From Octopus sinensis (Eukaryota): DNA of 64,000 nt. Positions 11,907 through 23,890 of the stretch are shown one piece after another. The stretch is from the NCBI RefSeq assembly GCF_006345805.1, contig NC_043005.1, forward strand, positions 17,236,001 to 17,300,000, written 5' to 3'. Under the pieces are notes generated by a model. The model saw only the letters and a program-made list of their open reading frames with translations, made no database searches and had not been told where the DNA came from. Position 1 is the stretch's first letter; the number at the start of each line of letters is the position of its first letter. The position numbers were made by a program, and so were the translations under genes.

Positions 11907-13780
11907 AAAGGATGTGTTATAATACTATTCCACATATACAAAAACAGCCATACCAACAATCCATCATCAGCTGCCACATGGATATCATGATGGTTTTGAC
12001 ACCTGGACAGTACCATTCAATCCGGCGGTGTCAACAGTGCTAAAGTAAGTGTTGTTTGGGAACAAACATACCAAAGAAACCGCAACTTTCAAACACATTT
12101 ACCCTATACACAACAGTATTGGTAAATAAATTCAATAAGTGAAACAATAACCAACTCCTAAATATGTAACTAAACAGCGACCAAACCTTTAAGTCAGACA
12201 TTTTATTCCCTACAGTCTTTCATAGTATAATATAAAAGTGAAAGCTTAATAACCACATTCATTCAATCTGAATATAGGCAGGATGAAACATTAACTTTAA
12301 AATTAAACTACGACAAAGAAACACATAAATCTATATGCAGCTGTATCCGCATTTATATAAATATAAATTTGCTGTGTGTTGTGCTCCATTACTCGAATGA
12401 AAAAAATGTATATTCTGTGAGTCTCTTGCCCAGTTGTACACTCTGAAACAAGTAAAAGAGTGTATGTATATATATATATATATAAAGCACGTAAAAAGCA
12501 CCATCCGTTCGTGGCTGTTGCCAGCCTCACCTGGCCCCCGTGCCGGTGGCACATAAAAAACACCATCCAATCGTGGCCGTTCGCCAGACTCGTCTGGCAC
12601 GTAAAAAGCACCCACTACAATCATGGAGTGGTTGGCGTTAGGAAGGGCATCCAGCCGTAGAAACATTGGCAGATCAAACTGGGCCTGGTGCAGCCTTCTG
12701 GCTTCCCAGACCCCAGTTGAACCGTCCAACCCATGCTAGCATGGAAAACGGACGCTAAACAATGATGATGATGATGATGATAAAGCAAAATCTTCGAATG
12801 TTGGTCCTTACGGAAGCAATGACAAGTGATTGAGACTTTTGGCGATTTGCTGTGCTTGAGAAGATTTGTGAAGCCAAGTGAAACTAGCTGTGACCGATGC
12901 TCGTGTCATGTAACTGGCACGCATTACATTCCCGGAGTGGTTGGCGTTAGGAAGGGCATCCAACTGTAGAAACCTCGCCAAATGGTTTCAGATGGGAACT
13001 TTGTGCACCTCTCCAGCTAACCACTTTCAATCAAACTGTTTAACCCATGTCAGCACGGAAAGCAGACATTAAATGATGACGATGATGATACACATCACAT
13101 GATTGACCAGACTGTCGAATGTTGTTACACATCACTGGTCACAATTCGCTTTGCACCATGTTAACTTTCAAATTATGCCAGACCCACTGGCTATACAAGC
13201 AGACAAACATTCTCCCTCATTGGACAGCTATTCTGTCACAGGGTTGGAGCAACACGAAAGGAAGTGTTGGGCTCAAGAATACAACACACTCCTTGGTCCT
13301 GTGCCGCCTGACTGGCTCCCGTGCTGGTGGCACATAAAAAGCACCATTTGAGCGTGGGTCGTTGCCAGTATTGCCGAACTGGCCCTTGTGTCATTGGCAT
13401 GTAAAAAAAAAACCCACTACACTCTCGGAGTGGTTGGCATTAGGAAGGGCATACAGTTGTAGAATCCCTACCTGATCAGACTGAGGCCTTGTACAGTGTT
13501 CTGGCTTGCTAGTCCTCAGTCAAACCATCTAGCCCATGCCAGTATGGAAAGAGGATGTTAAATGATAATGATAATGATGATATGTGTGTGGGTGTGTGCA
13601 ACAAAACTTCCCTAAACTAGAGACCCTAAAGTAAGGATTATCTTAGCCACAATTGTAATCCCAATGTAGGATAATCATGGATTATCAACACATGCCATAA
13701 TATATATATGACAAGACAAGCAAAAAACCAAAATCATTTTAGCAAGTTCAACCCTTCAAGAACGAAGGGCAACTTAGAAC

Positions 13781-14053
13781 CAGGGCTGTGAAGTTGGAGT
13801 CGGAAACAATTAAGGGGTAGCTGGAGTCTGAGTCGGTAAAATTATACTGACTCTGATACCGACTCACAATCTCTTTATTCTTTAAAATAAACCAGTTACA
13901 ACATATAGGCCTACTCAGAGTACAAGGGTATACATATGCTTTATGAGATATGTAGACCACCATCCCTTAATTACATAAAGAGGAGTCAGAGTCAGAGGTG
14001 CCAATAGTAGAGGAGTCAGAGTCAAAGTTTTTTGTTTTGACCCCACAGCCCTG
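13781..14053. mobile_element. hAT-like MITE (CAGGGCTGTG termini, GGAGTC sub-repeats)
   Basis: CAGGGCTGTG...CACAGCCCTG with perfect TSD CTTAGAAC at 13773-80 and 14054-61. Confidence 0.9.
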
Positions 14054-14149
14054 CTTAGAACAAAGAGAAAAAAAGATAAAAAAAAATTCACATAAGCCTT
14101 GTGAATGGATCTGGTAGACAGAAACTGAAAGCCTGACGTATATATATAT

Positions 14150-14223
<74 letters not shown>

Positions 14224-14642
14224 TGTGTCTGGGCTTGTCCCCTCACCATTGCTTGACCACCAATGTTGGTGTGTTTACATCCAAGTCACTTAGCAGTTCA
14301 GCATAAGAGACCAACAGAATAAGTACTAGGAATACAAAGAATAAGCCCTGAGGTCGATTTGTTCAACTAAAGGTGGAGCTCCAGCATGGCCGCAGTCAGA
14401 TGACTGAAACAAATAGAAGAATAAAAAAAAAAACAAGCATCAAACACACACTTCCATCACCAGCTGCCTAACAGACATCATTTTCACATCTATTTTTTGA
14501 TGCTAGTATGAATCAGATGAATGCATTTTTGAGGTATTGTTTTAAAACCAGATACCCTTCTGCCTGCTAACCTTTACCTGGTTTACAAGTAAAGGAACTC
14601 TCTTTTTACATATTTTTTAAGGTAAAAAGACCCCCCCCCCGC

Positions 14643-14930
14643 CTTTGATCATGAATGGCAATGGGATTGCACCTAGAAAGTTACCCTCCGAGGCACAAAT
14701 CTGGACATGGTTGTTTATGGAAGACCAGTAGTAGCCCATGCACACCAGCCTCCTCTCTCCACGCCACTGATGTTATCCAAGGGAAAGGCAAAGGCCGATA
14801 CAGATTGGTACCAGTGACAGAAATAAAGTGTTTTGCTCAAGAACTCAAAACAGAGCCCAGTCCTGGAATTGAACTCACTACCTCATGATTGTGAGTCCAA
14901 TGCTCTAACCACTAAGCCAGGCATCTTCAC
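14643..14930 (-). mobile_element. tRNA-derived SINE family E
   Basis: Minus-strand head ggcttagtggttagagcattggactcacaatcatgagg...gagttcaattcc. A similar copy lies at ~37575-37886(-) and related sequence at ~21563-21790(+) and ~2750-2900. Confidence 0.7.
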
Positions 14931-15029
14931 GACTCAGTAGTCAAAGCATTGGGCTCACAATCATGAGGTGCAAAGTAGATTACTTGTTGACAGGGGAAAT
15001 GCAATGTTACCCCTTATAATTACTTAAAC

Positions 15030-15480
15030 CTTTCACTCCCTATGGAGCCTAAGACCTTCAATGGCTTTCTTCACTACCCTCGACTCTGGACCTGTCTTTT
15101 CTGCTTCTATCTAGCTGAATCCCTGCTTTTATACCTCTGCCTCAATATCCTACCTCCAACTATTTTAGAGTGTCCTCTCTTTTGCTTCCTTTGTGGGTCA
15201 CAGGTCATGGCCTGACCTATTACACAAGATGTTGGTCCTTTTTGGATTTTGTAGCACCACATTATACATTTCTCTGAGGGGTGGCCTTCTGTTGTCTTGT
15301 TGGCTTTGAATTGTCAATACTTCTCTGACTTTGCTTTTTTTCTAGCTAGGGGTGGTCCATATTAGTCTGGCCTCTACCCTTCGTCCTGTCTAGTAAAGGG
15401 GAGCCCTATCAGAAGCTTGTACTTCACTGGTATAGCTCTCAGGGTTACTGAGACACACAAGCCATCATGCCACAACTAAA
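15030..15480 (-). mobile_element. Old internally deleted RTE derivative (5' UTR-like segment joined to the extreme 3' end)
   Basis: The minus strand starts gttgtggcatgatggcttgtgtgtctcagtaaccctgagagctatacc...gggtagaggccagact (RTE/Expander 5' UTR-like). It ends with decayed PTSCVIGQAMTCDPQRKQKRGH (cf. RQALTWNPQGKRKRGRP) and tgaaggtcttaggctccatagggagtgaaagg. Confidence 0.6.
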
Positions 15481-17219
15481 ACTGCACTTTGTGATGGATT
15501 CATCTTTTTGGGGTCTGATAAAGCGTATCAGATCTCTCTGAATTCAATTCTTCTCTTTATTTCTTTCTGTTAGTCTCTCTCTCTCAAATAAATCAGCAGT
15601 GTGCAAGCTCAGAGAGAAATGGACCGCATCAAGTCTAAACATGCCCAGGATATGTAGTATGTCATAATGGCACTCCTATGCCTCCACCAGGAGATGAAGG
15701 TCCAGTAGCATGACATATATAAGACAGACTGATTAATCCAATGCCAGGCAGACAGACAGCTGGGTATAGACTTCAGAGGAATGCATTAATGGGGAAAACC
15801 CATAGTAGCAGTAATGAAATAATTAATCTGCTTTGAATGAATATATGTACTCTACTCCATGTATTGAGTTCAACAAATGATGAATTTAGAAATATTTTTT
15901 TTCATTTTTTTTTTCTTTAAATATGCTTGGTCTGAAAGGTTTATACTCATGTACTTCAAAAAAGATCCTCTGAGGATAACAGTTGAGGGTTTTCTCTGAC
16001 TATACTCAAGTTTCTCCCTATTGTCTGTCTCGCTCCCTCATAGCTACACAACACACATACAAACTTCACCACACACATACACACAAACTATACAATGACA
16101 TAACTCCAAACCTTACACACTAATGCTAAACAGCTACACGCATCATATAACTTCAACCTCCATCTTGCTACACCAAGCCCCCGACTATATTTACTACAAA
16201 CTGGTAAAGGAGGAGAGGGACTTTACCACCCCACACTATCAGCCTTCCTTCATCTAAATATAGTATATCTTTAAGGATGCTGGGAAATTCCACGAAAGTG
16301 GTGCAGAGCCCCTCAGTATATTACCACTGCTGCTGCTAGTAGCAGCGATGGCAGTGGTGGCTATATATAAATACACATATATATATATATGTATGTATGT
16401 AACTGTTAGCTGGAATGTTGTGCAGCTGAAGAGATAAACAACAGATACTAAATATAGAAGATGAACTAAAGCAGAAATCATAACAGTTGTTGTTATAAAG
16501 AGCAACAACAACCGACATCATCACAATACCAACACTACCACTACTACAATTATATATATATATATATATTACTCTTTTACTTGTTTCAGTCATTTGACTA
16601 CGGCCATGCTGGAGCACCGCCTTTAGTCGAGCAAATCGACCCCGGGACTTATTCTTTGTAAGCCCAGTACTTATTCTATCGGTCTCTTTTGCCGAACCGC
16701 AAAGTGACGGGGACGTAAACACACCAGCATCGGTTGTCAAGCAATGCTAGGGAGACAAACACATACATATATATATATATACACGACGGGCTTCTTTCAG
16801 TTTCCGTCTACCAAATCCACTCACAAGGCATTGGTTGGCCCAGGGCTATAGTAGAAGACACTTGCCCAAGATGCCACGCAGTGGGACTGAACCCGGAACC
16901 ATGTGGTTGGTTAGCTAGCTACTTACCACACAGCCACTCCTTATATATATATAAACGTATCTTAACAGCAACTTCAATGTCTGGCACTAATGCTACAACA
17001 GCACCAACACTCTTCGAAGAGAATTGTATTTTACCGACAGTGGAAAGATTGGAAAGGAAAGAAAGTCTGTCATTAAGGGACTTGAATGTATAAAAGTGTT
17101 GGAACAAATACCAAAGGGCATCATTTTGTTTGATTCTCAAACGATTCAGATAATTCATCGATCTGATAATAATAAAAAGTTTTGAATGATACAACAATGC
17201 ACTATAATATTAAAAAAAA

Positions 17220-17374
17220 AGTGGTAAGTAGCTTGCTTACGAACCACATGGTTCCGGGTTCAGTCCCACTGCGTGGCACCTTGGGCAAGTGTCTTCTACT
17301 ATAGCCTCGGGCCGACCAATGCCTTGTGAGTGGATTTGGTAGACGGAAACTGAAAGAAGCCCGTCGTATATGTG

Positions 17375-17421
<47 letters not shown>

Positions 17422-17650
17422 GTGTGTGTGAGTGTATATGTTTGTGTGTCTGTGTTTGTCCCCCCAACATCGCTTGACAACTGATGCTGTTGTGTTTACG
17501 TTACCGGAACTTAGCGGTTCGGCAAAAGAGACCGATAGAATAAGTACTGGGCTTACATAAAAATATGTCCTGGGTTCGATTTGCTCGACTAAAAGATGGT
17601 GCTCCAGCATGGCCACAGTCAAGTGACTGAAACAAGTAAAAGAGTAAAAG
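17220..17650 (+). mobile_element. tRNA-headed SINE family A (representative; about 20 copies or fragments)
   Basis: The head has B box ggttcagtccc, then gcaccttgggcaagtgtctt, a central (TA/TG)n and an (AAAAGAGT)n tail. Others, approximately: 4860-5162(-), 14095-14420, 16568-16940(-), 19346-19740, 19745-20350, 21965-22425, 28045-28210, 30560-30770(-), 31945-32362(-), 38005-38402, 38570-38920(-), 41850-42158, 44235-44730, 51055-51390(-), 57085-57250(-), 57775-58105, 60890-61250(-), 62976-63355(-). Confidence 0.85.
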
Positions 17651-17658
17651 AGAATATA

Positions 17659-17788
17659 CCTGTTGTAATTTAGTCCAATGATATTTTGGGATACAATTCC
17701 TTCTTCGGATATTCTTAAATGGAGTTACTGCTATAATCGGTTTTATTCCAAAATATCATCAGACTATGGATAACTAAATTACAACAGG
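17659..17788. mobile_element. 130-bp hairpin MITE with TA flanks
   Basis: TA|CCTGTTGTAATTTAGT ... ACTAAATTACAACAGG|TA (16-bp perfect TIR) plus an inner IR, atgatattttgggata / tattccaaaatatcat. Confidence 0.75.
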
Positions 17789-18180
17789 TATACAGTCCAT
17801 TTTTATTTTTATATTATAGTGCATTGTTGTACCATTCAAAACTTTTTATTCTTTACATTCAATACTCTCCTACTACTACTACTACAACTACTACTACTAC
17901 TACTAATAATAATAATAATGATGATGATGATGATGCTGATGATGATGATTCTTTCTAATTTTGATACAAGTACAGCAATTTTGAGGGGAGGGAGTACATT
18001 GATTACAGCAATCTCAGATTTCAACTGGTACTTCTTTTATTGACCCCACAAGGATGAAATGCAAGGCTGACCTCAGTGAGATTTGAACTCAGAACACAAA
18101 AGAACTCGAAGAAATGATGCCACTGGGTATTTTGTTTGATATGATACTGATTCAGCCAGCTCACTGTCTTAATAATAACA

Positions 18181-18219
<39 letters not shown>

Positions 18220-20004
18220 CTTTTCTACTCTAGGCACAAGGCCCGAAATTTTAGGGGATGGGGAGGCCAGTCAATTAAGTCGACCCCACAATGCAACTGG
18301 TACTTGATTTATTGATTCTGAAAGGATGAAAGGCAAAATCGACCTCAGTGGAATTTGAACTCAGAACATAGCGATGAGTGAAATTCTGCTAAGCATTTCA
18401 CCCGGGATGCTAACAATTCTACCAACTCGCTACCTTAAAATATAATTCTTTTCTACTCTAGGCACAAGGCCTGAAATTTGGGGGGAGGGGGCCAGTTGAA
18501 TAGATTGACCCCTGTACACAACTAGTACTTAATTTATCGACCCAAAAAAGATGAAAGGCAAAGTCGACCTCAGCGGAATTTGAACCCAGGACATAAAGAC
18601 AGACAATATACCACTAAGCATTTTGCCCAGTGTACTAATGTTTCTGCCAGCTTGCCACCTTAATAATAATAATGATGATAATAATAATAATAATAATAAC
18701 AGTAACAACAACAACCAGGGGACGTTTACCCTTTAGTGTTCAGATTATTCTATCAAACATAATACTTATTGATTCACATTGATTTGAATTAATCATGCAT
18801 TTTCTCATATCTTCAAGATCTTGATGGTGTAATTACTTAATGTAGAATAACATTGTAGGGTAGGTGTGAGAGCCTGGATCTGGTCAGTTTGAACATAAAA
18901 CAGATTAAATATTTTGGCCAGATATGGCCGGTTTAAATACTAAAGGGTTAAAGGAGGGAACACAGGGGTATGTATAACATACGAGAAGACAGAATTGTTG
19001 CTCAGAAAATTATCCAATAACATGAATGAACAAACACAATAAACTATCAATATTTACTACATATAAATGATGTTTTACAAATGTTTATTACAACCAACAT
19101 TCTTACACAAGACCGTCGAAGCACAGTCCGTATCAATGTCAGACTGCAGTACAGCATTAATCACAAAATATGCTGAATAATTCAAATAAAAATTGTATCA
19201 TTCAACCTGAGGTTTTTTAATCAGGAAAGGGACATTTCAACCCTTTAGCATTTAAACAGGCCATATCGGGCCAAGATATTGCACCTGCTTTACATTGGAG
19301 CTGGATAGATCTGGCCTCTCACACTTACCCTCCAATGCCATTCTAGAGTGGCTGTGTGGTAAGTAGCTTGTTTACCAACCACATGGTTCCGGGTTCAATC
19401 CCACTGCGTGGCACCTTGGGCAAGTGTCTTCTACTATAGCCTCGGGCCGACCAAAGCCTTGTGAGTGGATTTAGTAGACAGAAACAGACCTGTCGTATAT
19501 ATGTATATATATGTATGCATGTGTATGTGTGTGTGTTTGTGCGTCTGTCCCCCCAACATCGCTTGACAACCGATGCTGGTGTGTTTATGTCCCCGTCACT
19601 TAGCGGTTTGGCAAAAGAGACCGATACAATAAGTACTGGGCTTACAAAGAATAAGTCCCGGGGTCGAGTTGCTCGATTAAAGGCGGTGCTCCAGCATGGC
19701 CGCAGTCAAATGACTGAAACAAGTAAAAGAGTAGAAGAGTAAATAGGTGCAGGAGTGGCTGTATGGTAAGTAGCTTGCTTACCAACCACATGGTTTCGGG
19801 TTCAGTCCCACTGCTTGGCACCTTGGGCAAGTGTCTTCTACTATAGCCTCGAGCTGACCACAGCCTTGTCCGTGGATTTGGCAGACGGAGACTGAAAAGA
19901 AGACCATCATATATATGTATATATGTGTGTGTATATGTTTGTCCCCTCAACATCGCTTGACTGCATCCCTGTAAATTAGCGGGTCGGCAAAAGAGACCAA
20001 TATA

Positions 20005-20236
20005 TATTTCTTTACTACCCACAAGGGGCTAAACATAGAGGGGACAAACAAGGACAGACAAAGGGATTAAGTCGGTTACATCGACCCAGTGTGAAACTAG
20101 TACTTTATTTATCGACCCCGAGAGGATGAAAGGCAAAGTCGACCGCGGCGGAATTTGAACTCAGAACGTAACGACAGACGAAATACTGCAAAGCATTTCG
20201 CCCGGAGCGCTAACGTTTCTGCCAGCTCGCCGCCTG
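20005..20236 (-). mobile_element. SINE family B, full-length young copy nested in SINE-A
   Basis: Perfect 16-bp TSD AAAAGAGACCAATATA (19989-20004 and 20237-20252); B-box-like gagttcaaattcc on the minus strand. Confidence 0.9.
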
Positions 20237-22022
20237 AAAAGAGACCAATATAGGTTTACAAAGACTAAGTCCTGGGGGGTCGATTTGCTCGACTAATTGC
20301 GGTGCTCCAGCATGGCCACAGTCAAATGACTGAAACAAGTAAGAGAGCAAAAGAATAAAACAATCACATCTTTGATATCTCGAAGCAACAAACTAATTCA
20401 TGATTGATTCACAGTAAGATGAATGAATAAGCAATACATTTCACAGAGAAACCTAAATGCTAAGAGGACGAGAATAAACACCTTAACCACTAAATTATCA
20501 TCATCTTCATTTAATTCCAATTGGAATTAAATGAAGATGATGATAATTTAGATACAGGATCAGACTTTTATCATAGAGTCTCACAAAAAACACAGAAAAA
20601 GTAAAAATGACATGAGACAAGGATTCTATTTTGGAGGAGGGGACCAGTCGATTAGATCGACCCCAGTACACAACTGGTGCTTAATTTATTGACCCCCAAA
20701 AGGATGAGAGGCAAAGTTGACCTCAGCGGAATTCTACACACAATATGATGTCCATATAAAATGTGGAAAGAAAACAGCCAGATCTAGATGTACTGGTGGA
20801 CCTATCAACAAACTAATGAAGAGGATACCATTCTTAGAATGGAAAAAAATAGCAGAATTTGAAATAGAACATTTAAAAGAAGGAATCATCATCATCATCA
20901 TCATCATTTAACGTCCGTTCTCCATGCCAGCATGGGTTGGACGGTTCGACCGGGGATCTGGGAAGCCAGAAGGCTGCACCAGGCTCCAGTCTTATCTGGC
21001 AATGTTTCTACAGCTGGATGCCCTTCCTAACGCCAACCACTCCGTGAGTGTAGTGGGTGCTTTTTACGTGCCACCTGCACAGGTGCCAGGCGAGGCTGGC
21101 AACGGCCACAGTCGGATTGGTGTATTTTACGTGCCACTGGCACGGAAGCCAGTCGAGGCGGCGCTGGCATCGGCCACGAGTCGGATAGTGCTTTTTACGT
21201 ACCACCAGACCAGGGGTCCTGGCTGGTTCAATTCAATTTCGATTTTGCTTGCCCCAACATGTCTTCGCAAGCAACGGGGGTTGGCATACACCGAGTGATG
21301 AATACAGAATATCTAACAATAACAACAATATAAGTATTGCAAATTCATGAAGATAAAACCAAGACCTGCAACACAAAGGAAATAAATAACAAAATATGAT
21401 AAACCTAAACCTGACAAATGGACAGTTGTGACCAACATAAACCAAACTAAAACTGCACAAAAGAAAAATATAAATTAAAGGGAAAATGACGAAGATTTTA
21501 AAACGGGGAACCCTGAAAGTGAAAATTATATCCCGGGCGCTCTAAAACTGAGCACTGGGAGGCACGAGGCACGTGGCTCAGTGGTTAAGGTGTTGGACTC
21601 ATGATCATAAGATTGTGGTTTCGATTCCTGGACTGGGCAATGTGTTGTGTATTTGTATTTGAGCAAAACACTTCATTTCATGTTGTTCCAGTCCACTCAG
21701 CTGGCAAAAGGGAGTGTTCCTGTGATAGACTAGCATCCCATCCAAGTGGGGCATTAATGTCATGAAGCTGGCAAACTGGCCCCTATGAGAAGTTAACATT
21801 CTATCTTTAACTCAAACTGAGTATAATTTAATAAATAATTGTACGGTTATTATTCTTATGAGTAAAGAAAAGCACTTTTGAAAGATAAAACTCAACAATA
21901 AAAAAAAAAATTTGATTATTGCAGGCTTAATTTAAGCAAATTCAAACATCACCAAATTAGATGAACTTGTGAGTGGATATGGTTGATAGAAACTGAAAGA
22001 AGCCTGTCGTTTGTTTTTTCAT

Positions 22023-22055
<33 letters not shown>

Positions 22056-22088
22056 CATCATCGTTTAACATCCGTGCTAGCATGCTAG

Positions 22089-22126
<38 letters not shown>

Positions 22127-22170
22127 ATATATATATATCATCAACGTTTAACATCCGTGCTAGCATGCTA

Positions 22171-22207
<37 letters not shown>

Positions 22208-22784
22208 CGTATGTATGTGTGTGTGTGTGTATATGTTTGTCCCCCCAACACCGCTGGTGTGTTTATGCCCCCATAACTTAGCGGTTCAGCAAAAGAAACC
22301 AATAGAATAAGTACTAGGCTTACAAAGAATAAGTCCTGGGGTTGATTTGCTTGACTAAAAAGGCAGTGCTCCGGCATGGCCACAGTCAAATGACTGAAAT
22401 AAGTAAAAGAGTAAAAGAGTAATATATGCAACAGCCATCGTGGATTCAAAGGGGACTGGGTAGTCCCTTAACCCTCCAGCATTTAAACTGGTCATATCCA
22501 GCTCAAAATATTCTGCCTGGTCCATGAGCCTTTCACATCTCCCTGACAATATCCTTCGAAGAATAAACTATCATTGAAATCTCAATGCTAAAAGATAATG
22601 CATGATTAATTCAAAACGCTGAATAAATATGTGTTACAATTGACAGAGAAATTGGAATGCTGAAGGGTTAAATCTTACTGAAGGGTATCAAAATCTAAGT
22701 AAGAAAATAAATATTCCAAGAAAGAGAGACAGAAGAGAAAAGATCTCTCAATTCTCAATGAAGTCAATAACAAAGCAATATTAA

Positions 22785-23005
22785 CCCTTTAGTGTTTGCA
22801 TTATTCTGCCAAAATTAATCCTTTTTCATCCACATTGCCTTGAACTAATCAGGCATTATCTTGGTGCTATGAGATTTTGATGAGGTAGCTGTTAATTTTT
22901 AAAACGATATTGTGGGGCTGGTGTGAGAGACCAGATCTGGCCAGTTAGAACATAAAACAGGTAGAATACTTTTGACTAGATATGGCCGGTTTGAATACTA
23001 AAGGG
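22785..23005. mobile_element. piggyBac-like MITE-B (TTAA|CCCTTTAG...CTAAAGGG|TTAA)
   Basis: TTAA flanks. Other copies at ~2987-3201, 18729-18947, 22472-22667, 25467-25680, 32844-33044, 44110-44834 (split by SINE-A), 48420-48766 and 48863-49082. Confidence 0.85.
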
Positions 23006-23049
23006 TTAAAAAAAAAAAAAAGAAAGAAAAGCAAGAAAACGGAACAAAA

Positions 23050-23260
23050 GCAGATGTATCTGAAACTAAAGAACGACTAAAACAAGAGATTCTTGCCAAA
23101 TGACAAAGAATCTACTGGTATGAAACATGCCAATGATGCTTTGAATAAACCAAACAGTAAGATTCCAAACCAAAGTGACTAACACTAACTTAATAAAAGT
23201 AAAACTAGCAGAAAGAGAAGAAGAATTTTGGGAAGGAACAAGGGCAGTGAAAGAATCACC
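23050..23260 (+). pseudogene. Possible highly decayed R4/Dong-like non-LTR fragment
   Basis: ETKERLKQEILAK*QRIYWYE... and a later EEFWEG resemble LKQK..AKAQRI.RY...FW from memory. There are many stops. Confidence 0.3.
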
Positions 23261-23299
23261 ATAAAAGGGGGGGGGGCTAGTAAAAACAACGAACACATA

Positions 23300-23890
23300 A
23301 TCTTTTCTACTCCAGGCACAAGGCCCCAAATTTTTTTTTGGGGGGGGGGAGCCAAGCAATTAGATTGACCCTAGTACACAACTGGTACTTAATTTATCGA
23401 CCCCAAAAGGATGAAAGGCAAAGCTGACCTCAGTGGAATTTGAACTAAGAACGTAAAGACAGACAAAATACCTATTTCTTTATTACCCACAAGGGGCTAA
23501 ACATAGAGGGGACAAACAAGAACAGACATAGGTATTAAGTCGATTACATCAACCCCAGTGTGTAACTGGTACTTAATTTATCAACCCCAAAAGGATGAAA
23601 AGCAAAGTTGACCTCAGTGGAATTTGAACTCAGAACGTAGAGACAGATGAGATACCTATTTCTTTATTACCCACAAGGGGCTAAATATAGAGGGGACAAA
23701 CAAGAACAGACATAGGTATTAAGTCGATTACATCGACCCCAGTGCGTAACTGGTACTTAATTTATCGACCCTGAAAGGATGAAAAGCAAAGTCAACCTCG
23801 GCGGAATTTGAACTCACAACGTAAAGACAGACGAAATACCGTTAAGCATTTCACCTGGCGTGATAAAATTTCAGCCAGCTCGTTGCCTTA
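23300..23890 (-). repeat. Tandem trimer of SINE-B units (~185-bp period)
   Basis: ggtacttaatttatc recurs at ~23384, ~23568 and ~23752, with an identical junction a(a/g)atac|ctatttctttattacccacaagggg. Confidence 0.8.

Noticed and set aside
11948-12050. Plus-strand segment ending in GTAAGT with one open frame
   Set aside because: No homology recognised and a poor polypyrimidine tract.
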